Below are positions 48,418-55,140 of a DNA stretch of 55,140 nucleotides, one piece after another (positions within the stretch are counted from its first letter, which is position 1; each line of letters begins with the position of its first letter). Below the pieces are notes generated by a model. The model saw only the letters and a program-made list of their open reading frames with translations. It ran no database searches and was not told the origin of the DNA. The stretch spans positions 1-55,140 of the IMG/VR virus record IMGVR_UViG_3300009488_000001, one strand, 5' to 3'. The stretch is from a virus. Taxonomy: Duplodnaviria; Caudoviricetes. The position numbers were made by a program, and so were the translations under genes.

Positions 48418-48933
48418 ATCTCAATATTTTTAATAATTAGTTCTCCGTTTGTTGCTTCTGTATTTGACTGAATGTTTCCTATATCGCTGCCTGATTGTAC
48501 CGATATTATTTTTTAAATAGATTCTCGCAGCTAGGTTTAAAACTTCATCTTCAGTATCCCCATAATAAAATAGCTCACTGTACGCATCTTCACTATATCC
48601 CATGCCCATTCCAGCTACAACTCCATTTGTTTTCGTGACTGAATGAATTGATATTTGACTTCTTCCTCTCTGCCTTAATTTTTTTAAAAGTTTTACTTTC
48701 ATCTCTTTTATTGTTATATACCTTTAGGATAGAGAGGTTAAATATTCTTATTGTAAGCTATATTTCTACGCTTAACAAGGTTTTTCATGTATCTTTTTTT
48801 CTCATCCTTATTCAAGTTGACGAGTAGATCAATATCAATATCCAAGGATTTATGAAATTCATCTTTTCTAATATATGATTTATACCAGGAATGACGTATT
48901 TTTGCAATTAATTTATTCATAATCTTCTATATT

Positions 48934-49905
48934 TTACTTATATTTCTCTATATCCCAGTAAAAGCCGTTTTTAATCTCTGCTTTTACTAGTTTTTTGATT
49001 TGCTTTTTGGAGGCGGTCTTAATATATTTTATGGTTTCATCATTGCATATGTAGCGATCGCTATCATTGTAACCATACCAACATCCACTTTTTTTTGCAA
49101 GCGATGAATTAGATGATGTTTTGTATATCCCACCAGTGTATCTATATATCCAAAACAGACCACCGGTACTTTCCATTTCATATACATCTCCCTTAATCAA
49201 TTCAACTTTCTCTTCCCTTCTCTCCCTCTCTTCTTTTACCCAGTCCTTCGCAGATTTAGGAGTTAAAAAGTACTTGAAGTTTTTTTCATTGTACTCTTTA
49301 ATAATCGTTTCCGAGTGAATTTCGAGGTTACTTAACTCTACCGGGATGCACTTATCCCCCTCACAAATATCCACCCCATCTTCAATCTTAAATAGTGGGG
49401 TTAGTTTTTCTGCCCATTTGCCGTTCCAGTTTACCATCCATCCGCCAATACATATGTCTCCATGTTCGTTATATGCCGCATTGCCGTTTCTTATGGTGCG
49501 GATGCTTCCACGGCTCATTCCATTAATTCTCGTCCCCGCTGGATATTCCCTCTCCGCTTTCGCTAATCGGAATTTATTGTATTTATCCTGTAAATTTTGT
49601 TGTTTTAGATATTCTTGGAATTGGAGGATTTGAAACCCTCTGCTCTCATAGAAAACACGATCTGTATACCCTGATATTTTATCACAGTTGAAATAATATC
49701 CTTTTATGTAACCCCACGTAGCACCAAACAAATCTTTTATAAAATCAAATTCATCCTCACTATTGGGTGAAACGGCCTGTTTAACTTCTTTTTTAGGCTC
49801 TTCCAATGTGTTAATAAATATCTCTGTCGATTTCTTTAAACAAGATGCAAATTCCTCTAAATGCTCCTGTATTTCGTTTCGATAATCTTCGATAATCTTT
49901 TCCAT
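48934..49905 (-). CDS. Hypothetical multidomain protein
   Basis: 323 aa; A.REYP.GT, NGKWAE, PLF..EDGVDI.EGD modules. Confidence 0.7.
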   Translation of the reverse strand: MEKIIEDYRNEIQEHLEEFASCLKKSTEIFINTLEEPKKEVKQAVSPNSEDEFDFIKDLFGATWGYIKGYYFNCDKISGYTDRVFYESRGFQILQFQEYLKQQNLQDKYNKFRLAKAEREYPAGTRINGMSRGSIRTIRNGNAAYNEHGDICIGGWMVNWNGKWAEKLTPLFKIEDGVDICEGDKCIPVELSNLEIHSETIIKEYNEKNFKYFLTPKSAKDWVKEERERREEKVELIKGDVYEMESTGGLFWIYRYTGGIYKTSSNSSLAKKSGCWYGYNDSDRYICNDETIKYIKTASKKQIKKLVKAEIKNGFYWDIEKYK

Positions 49906-50169
49906 AACTAATTTAAGTTTACCATTAATTCCAATTCAACAATAAATTCATCAGGTTCTAATTCCTGGGATTTTTCAAACAATTTATCAAAGTCTGATTC
50001 TTTATTTTTAGGCTTGTAATCTTGTACTAAGTTAATGAATGTCAAGAAGATAAGCAAGCCAATTGTATAAAATAACGCTTTGGTTTTTAGCCAGATTATT
50101 AAGGCATGACCAAATATTTTGATGTAATCTTTTGCCGGAATAGCCATGTTTTAGTTTTAGTTTGAATTG

Positions 50170-50243
50170 TAAAGGTCGGAACTATTTTTTTATTAAAACA
50201 TGATAAAAGTCATAGTTTGTGAATTTTTTTATTGTGACCTTTG
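50170..50243. promoter_or_regulatory. Main divergent promoter pair sharing one FNR/CRP-like box
   Basis: TGATAAAAGTCA (50201-50212); GACCTTTG (+, 50236-50243) and GACCTTTA (-, 50177-50170), each 23 bp away; at the genome's main strand switch. Confidence 0.75.
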
Positions 50244-50300
50244 CTTTATTGAACGGTTTGGGTATGGTTTGATTTTTAACGAATAAATAACTAAAACATT

Positions 50301-50594
50301 ATGAGTTATCCAGTATTATTATTAAATGAGCAAATTGATTTACTCGCAGAAGAAATGAGATTTGCTGAAGGAGAAGAATACCAAGACACCCAGAGGAGAT
50401 TGGATGAATGTGCAGCCGCAGTTAAAAAATTAACTATACCTGATGCTAGGAAGCGTTATTTGATTGAAAAAAATAACGGCGAATTATGTTGCCCAAAGTG
50501 CAATATAATATGTGCACTAACGTACAGTGAAGATGATAAACATGGCGACATTATGCATTGTAATACCTGTGGCGAGGATTATGAGATACCTTAA
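50301..50594 (+). CDS. Hypothetical zinc-ribbon protein spanning an attC-like junction
   Basis: C-terminal CPKC...CNTC; inverted repeats inside and after the gene. Confidence 0.65.
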   Translation: MSYPVLLLNEQIDLLAEEMRFAEGEEYQDTQRRLDECAAAVKKLTIPDARKRYLIEKNNGELCCPKCNIICALTYSEDDKHGDIMHCNTCGEDYEIP

Positions 50595-50635
50595 TGCTTC
50601 CTAACATAGAAATAAAAACACCTTTTACTATTATA

Positions 50636-50678
50636 TGATAAAAATCATATTTATCTAATTATTTTATCCCGACCTTTG
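50636..50678 (+). promoter_or_regulatory. FNR/CRP-like box plus -7 promoter element
   Basis: TGATAAAAATCA (50636-50647), 23 bp, GACCTTTG (50671-50678). Confidence 0.72.
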
Positions 50679-50682
50679 AAAT

Positions 50683-51216
50683 ATGGAAAAACAAAAAAGA
50701 CAATTCGATGTTTACCATTTACAATTTATGCAGGATTGTGAATATTTCGGCATTGATATAAATATGCACGTTCAATATCAATACTATATAAATGAATTTG
50801 AGCATAGAGCTTTTTTAAATAGACATAAACATTCGACTATACAATCAGCTAAAAGATTAAAGTTTATGCTCGATAATTTGCCCGATAAGCTATTTAATGC
50901 AACATCATACGCAAAAAGATTTATCAAAAGATATATCAAGACTCATGAACTTAATCTGAGCGGAGAAAATGGAATAGAGGTTTGTTGTGAATTAATATAT
51001 GGCGCAGAGTTGAGGGGTGTTGTAACCATAACAATTGATTCACTCGAAGATAAAATTTGTTTGCTTTCATCAATAGGTCACTTCATTCACTATGATAAAG
51101 ACGATAAAGAAAGGGATTGTCTATTTGATGGAAAAGCAATAAATGAACTTATTATAAACGATGGATATTATGATATTGCCGAGAGTTGCGATTTAGAATT
51201 AGTTCCCAATGAATGA
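50683..51216 (+). CDS. Hypothetical protein, possibly leaderless
   Basis: 177 aa; ATG at the predicted transcription start. Confidence 0.65.
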   Translation: MEKQKRQFDVYHLQFMQDCEYFGIDINMHVQYQYYINEFEHRAFLNRHKHSTIQSAKRLKFMLDNLPDKLFNATSYAKRFIKRYIKTHELNLSGENGIEVCCELIYGAELRGVVTITIDSLEDKICLLSSIGHFIHYDKDDKERDCLFDGKAINELIINDGYYDIAESCDLELVPNE

Positions 51217-51300
51217 TAATAAAATAAAATATAGAATACAGGCGACCTATTTTTTGGCTGCCCTTCTGATAATATTTTGTATCTGTTTAATAATTGCACA

Positions 51301-51612
51301 ATGAAAACAAAAACATACATATCCGATAAAATCTCAGGACTTCCAAAAAGTGAATATAAGGATAAATTTTGGGATGCCTATATGTACTTAATCCGAAGGG
51401 GCGACGATCCGCAATGCCCGATTTATTTTAAACCTTTATTTGGTAAAAAAAATTGGTTCTGTTTTATGGTTGTCTGTATTTGCAAATTGTGTCATTGTCA
51501 GAAAATATTGATGTTGGACAATTGGAAAGAGAGCAAAGGAGCCAGGATTGAACATTTTATTGCTAAATTAATGAGAATTGAAATAGAACATTACACACCT
51601 AAAGAGTTATGA
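51301..51612 (+). CDS. DUF4406 family (nucleoside deoxyribosyltransferase-like)
   Basis: YIS.KISGL...F..A...C..I.ML.NWKESKGARIEH.IA. Confidence 0.8.
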   Translation: MKTKTYISDKISGLPKSEYKDKFWDAYMYLIRRGDDPQCPIYFKPLFGKKNWFCFMVVCICKLCHCQKILMLDNWKESKGARIEHFIAKLMRIEIEHYTPKEL

Positions 51613-52092
51613 CACATTACGGCAAATGTCCCAGATGCAAAAGTAAAAATTATGGACACATATTTACAAATGGAAATCTTATTCCCGAGAACGCTACAGT
51701 TATGTGTTTTCATGGATATTGTGATTTTACTATGAATATTTTAGAATGGAATGCACTTTACCCGCATCTTAAATTTAGTCTTAAAGGATATTAATTATAA
51801 ACCTAAAAAGTGAAGTTATGAAAATTAAAGCAAAATGGGAAATTAGTTATACTAATGGTTTTGTAGAATTTGATCTAGAAGATATGAATTGTCAAACAGA
51901 AGAAGAGTGGAACGCACTTACAGAAAGTGAGAGAGAAGAAAAAATACAGGAGGCTATTTTTGATATGGCTGATTCGCCAAGTATGATACTTGAGCGATAT
52001 AGGACTGAATAATATTTATAATTTGCATTCCACCAAATAATGACTATCTTTGATTACCCGAAAGGGATTATTTTTTGAATTGAAATTTGAAT

Positions 52093-52239
52093 ATGATTAC
52101 AATAGGAGATAAAAAATATTTAACGCCACAAGAGAAAGCCAACATAGAGGGCGTTACACTTCAGACTATTTATAACTGGATTAAGGATGGTAAATTAACC
52201 ACCCGGAAAATGATGGATAAGACTATCATACAAATATAA
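52093..52239 (+). CDS. Small HTH_17 / excisionase-like DNA-binding protein
   Basis: Hand-translated 48 aa: KYLTPQEKANIEGVTLQTIYNWIKDGKL. Confidence 0.75.
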   Translation: MITIGDKKYLTPQEKANIEGVTLQTIYNWIKDGKLTTRKMMDKTIIQI

Positions 52240-52273
52240 TTTCTTTGGCTAAAAACTTTTAAAATCGTTTAAA

Positions 52274-52633
52274 ATGATAATATTAAATGACACAAAACCA
52301 AAAGCACGGAAAACTCATATATGTAATTTCTGTGATGGAACTATAATTAAGGGGGAAATATACGGAAGTCAGACAAATGTATATGATGGAGATATCTACA
52401 CTTGGAAAGTTCATATAATGTGTGCTGAGATAGCGCACATGTTGCGTATGTATGATGAATGCGATGAAGGATTGGATGAAGATACGTTTAGGGAGTGTAT
52501 TGATGAAGAATTTAACGGGGCATGGATAAAGATAAACAGATACTTTTACGAGAGTAGCGATTTTGTTATTCCAGAGTTTAAAGAGAAATTGAATTTTGTA
52601 ATTAATTATCATTTATTAAATTTCAATAATTAA
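52274..52633 (+). CDS. Zinc-binding phage protein
   Basis: KARKTH.C.FC...I.KGE.Y...WK.H..C. Confidence 0.7.
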   Translation: MIILNDTKPKARKTHICNFCDGTIIKGEIYGSQTNVYDGDIYTWKVHIMCAEIAHMLRMYDECDEGLDEDTFRECIDEEFNGAWIKINRYFYESSDFVIPEFKEKLNFVINYHLLNFNN

Positions 52634-53250
52634 TCACACCAACAATAAAACAACCCATAAAACAAAAACAATGAAAAAGGAAACTTTAGAAAAAGCAAAT
52701 GAGCTTGTAGATAGAATACAACAACTACAACAATCATTTGAATGTTTTGAATACATACATGATGATGGCAACGGTGATATTTCTGAACCAATATCTTTAA
52801 TAATCGCATATGATGATGCCGATGATGGACGTTGTCAGCAACATATTCCAATAGATCTTAACGACGAATTTATTGGAATATTAAAAGGTCGAATAATACA
52901 AGGCATTGAAAGAGCATCTGCTGAATTGGAGGCCCTTTAGCCCTGCGAGATACTAACAATAAAACAACCCCACTAAGCAACGGTAAACTATTTTGATATG
53001 GCGAAAGATAAAAAAGTATATGAAACAACTGCCGGACTAGGATATAGGCAAAAGGCATATGTGATAAAAATAAATTATAGTCTGAAAGATTTGTGCACTG
53101 TATTATGCATTGGCGGTGAAAACTTAAATGATGGCGACAGCTTCTATATTGGGCAGGTATCTGATTTAGAAGATTTTTATATGGAGGAATCGGATTTTAG
53201 CATAAGGCAGTCCCCTTTATATAATGAAGTATTCTATGATTTTTTAATAA

Positions 53251-54024
53251 ATGATTAATATGAGTGGGTATTTTAAAATACACAGACAGATATTTAATAG
53301 TTGGATTTTTGCGGATGATAAGGCGTTTAAAATATGGGTGTGGATTATTGGTAAGGCTCGACATACCCCTGGCAATGTTCCATTAAAATGCGGCAAAGGA
53401 ATGATGACAGTTAAGCTAAAAACAGGTCAATTTATATTTGGCAGACATAAAGCTGAAGATGTTTTGTTTTTAGATGGTAGTTTGATTTATCGTAAGATGC
53501 AAAAGATGCAGGATGATAAAATGATAAAAATAGAATCGAACAACCAATATAGCATTGTAACTGTCTGTAACTATGCAGAATACCAAGTTAGTGAAGATGA
53601 CAATCGAACAACCGATGAACAACTAACGAACAACCGATGCACAACCGATGCACAACCGTCGAACACAAACAAGAATGATAATAAATTAAAAGAAGGAAAA
53701 GAAAAGAAAAAGAATTACCCTCCTTATAAAAAAATAGTTGATTATTTTAACGATAAATGCAAATTATTACCAACAGTAAAAACTATAACAGAGGCGAGAA
53801 AAACAGCATTACGTGCCAGGTGGAATAATAACGGTAACGACCAAATAAAAAAAGTTATAGATACTGTTTCGTCAAATAGTTTTTTTTCAGGGGAGAATGA
53901 TCGAAACTGGAAAGCTAATTTTGATTGGATAATGAAAGAGGGTAATTTTATAAAGATATTAGAGGGCAACTATTCAGATGTCACTAACAAGCCTAAAACA
54001 TTTAAACATGAGTCAAGGGTTTAA
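53251..54024 (+). CDS. Replication initiator (replisome organizer-like)
   Basis: GYFKIHRQI..W, GQFIFGR, VTVCNY..YQ, low-complexity linker, W.ANFDW......KILEG.Y; directly upstream of DnaB. Confidence 0.85.
   Translation: MINMSGYFKIHRQIFNSWIFADDKAFKIWVWIIGKARHTPGNVPLKCGKGMMTVKLKTGQFIFGRHKAEDVLFLDGSLIYRKMQKMQDDKMIKIESNNQYSIVTVCNYAEYQVSEDDNRTTDEQLTNNRCTTDAQPSNTNKNDNKLKEGKEKKKNYPPYKKIVDYFNDKCKLLPTVKTITEARKTALRARWNNNGNDQIKKVIDTVSSNSFFSGENDRNWKANFDWIMKEGNFIKILEGNYSDVTNKPKTFKHESRV
53606..53660 (+). repeat. Iteron array / probable replication origin
   Basis: Five tandem 11-bp units: GAACAACCGAT, GAACAACTAAC, GAACAACCGAT, GCACAACCGAT, GCACAACCGTC. Confidence 0.75.
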
Positions 54025-55140
54025 TAAAGATAAAAAAATATCTATAGATTTTATCAACGAACAATACGGTAAAATACCACCACAGGCTGTTGATATTGAA
54101 GAATGCGTCTTAGCTGCTTACCTCCTCGAAAGTATGGCATACGCTTTAAATCCAATAAACCCAGAATGTTTTTATAAAAAGGAACATCAGATTATTTGTG
54201 AAGCAATAAAAGAATTAAACGATAGTAATAAGCCTATTGATTTAATGCTGACAACCAGACAACTGAGAGACAATGAACGTTTAGACGAAGCAGGAGGAAT
54301 AATGTATATAACCGAGATAACAAGCAAAATATCAACGGCTATGCATTTGTCTTTTCATGTAGCTATAGTAAAACGAGAATTTATAAGGAGGGAAATAATA
54401 AGAAAATCATCAGAGATACAAAATGCCGCATTTGATAGCAGTGTAGAAATTGAGGACTTAGTAAAAGCATGTGAGGATCTGGCATTAACCGCAATGGATG
54501 AAGCCCAAAACTCCACTATTTCATTCACGGACACACTGCCAATGTTAGCCGAAAGAATTGAAATAAATCAGTTTGATAATAAAAAACTAACTGGAATACC
54601 TACCGGATTAATAAAGATTGACGAACATACAGGAGGACACCAGAATCAGGACTTTACTATAATAATCGCTTTTGCCTCCGATGGGAAAACAGCACTTGCC
54701 GTTCAGTTGGCAAAAGAGGCCGCATTAAAAAACTTTCCTGTAAAAATATGTTCACTTGAAATGTCTGCAATTCAACTTTCATCCAGAATAATATCACAAG
54801 AATCCGGGGTATCTTCCAAATCAATATTAAGTAAAAAATTAACTGGGACAGAAATACAGGACGTAAACAAGGCAATGAAGGATATGGAGGATTTGCCAAT
54901 ATTTTATGAAGATAGGATTTCGAATAAAATAGCCGTGATTTGCAATTCAATACGGCGTTCAGTAATCAGGGATGGTGTTAAATTGGCTATTGTTGATTAC
55001 TTACAGCTATGTGAAGGAGAAGGAAAGAGCGAAGTAGAAAGAGCCGGGAATGTTGCCAGAACGTTAAAGAATTTAGCCAAAGAACTAAACATACCTATAA
55101 TTGCATTAGCTCAGTTAGTTAAAAATGCAGAACGAACATC
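54008..55140 (+). CDS. dnaB: Replicative DnaB-family helicase, N-terminal part (continues at the window start)
   Basis: Hand-translated MSQGF...GKIPPQAVDIEECVL..., Walker A AFASDGKTALA, SLEM, IVDYLQL; absent from the track because it has no stop within the window. Confidence 0.93.
   Translation, partial: MSQGFNKDKKISIDFINEQYGKIPPQAVDIEECVLAAYLLESMAYALNPINPECFYKKEHQIICEAIKELNDSNKPIDLMLTTRQLRDNERLDEAGGIMYITEITSKISTAMHLSFHVAIVKREFIRREIIRKSSEIQNAAFDSSVEIEDLVKACEDLALTAMDEAQNSTISFTDTLPMLAERIEINQFDNKKLTGIPTGLIKIDEHTGGHQNQDFTIIIAFASDGKTALAVQLAKEAALKNFPVKICSLEMSAIQLSSRIISQESGVSSKSILSKKLTGTEIQDVNKAMKDMEDLPIFYEDRISNKIAVICNSIRRSVIRDGVKLAIVDYLQLCEGEGKSEVERAGNVARTLKNLAKELNIPIIALAQLVKNAERT
55018..55140. 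repeat. Terminal direct repeat (copy 2)
   Basis: Identical to 1-123. Confidence 0.97.

Noticed and set aside
53606-53660. Tandem repeats as a CRISPR array
   Set aside because: Contiguous 11-bp units with no spacers inside an initiator gene; these fit iterons.
1-55140. Stop-codon reassignment
   Set aside because: Core genes are intact in the standard code, and TAG, TGA and TAA all end genes.

Overview
An apparently complete, circularly permuted, AT-rich dsDNA tailed phage genome of about 55,017 bp. Bases 1-123 are repeated exactly at 55018-55140 and the DnaB gene runs across that junction. The host is very probably a Bacteroidota bacterium (TAnnTTTG -7 promoters, Gln+1 signal peptides, Bacteroidota-style DnaB N-terminus). 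The + strand (about 50.3 kb through the junction to 11.9 kb) carries an initiator with internal iterons, DnaB, a Sak4-like ATPase plus exonuclease, Nin-like genes and a Mom/Dam/C5-MTase modification cluster. The - strand carries accessory genes, an RNA locus, the terminase subunits, portal, protease, HK97-type capsid, a siphovirus-like tail and lysis genes. No integrase or repressor was recognised. Main findings: (1) a minimal, pseudoknot-free, circularly permuted two-piece tmRNA directly behind tRNA-Thr, with a free-standing HNH endonuclease gene in the segment between its pieces; (2) ten promoters with an FNR/CRP-like TGAY-N4-RTCA box exactly 23 bp before the -7 element; (3) integron attC-like cassette boundaries around and inside small genes; (4) head- and tail-module proteins with Sec signal peptides. 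All calls come from reading motifs by eye; no searches were run, and many small hypothetical ORFs are not listed.
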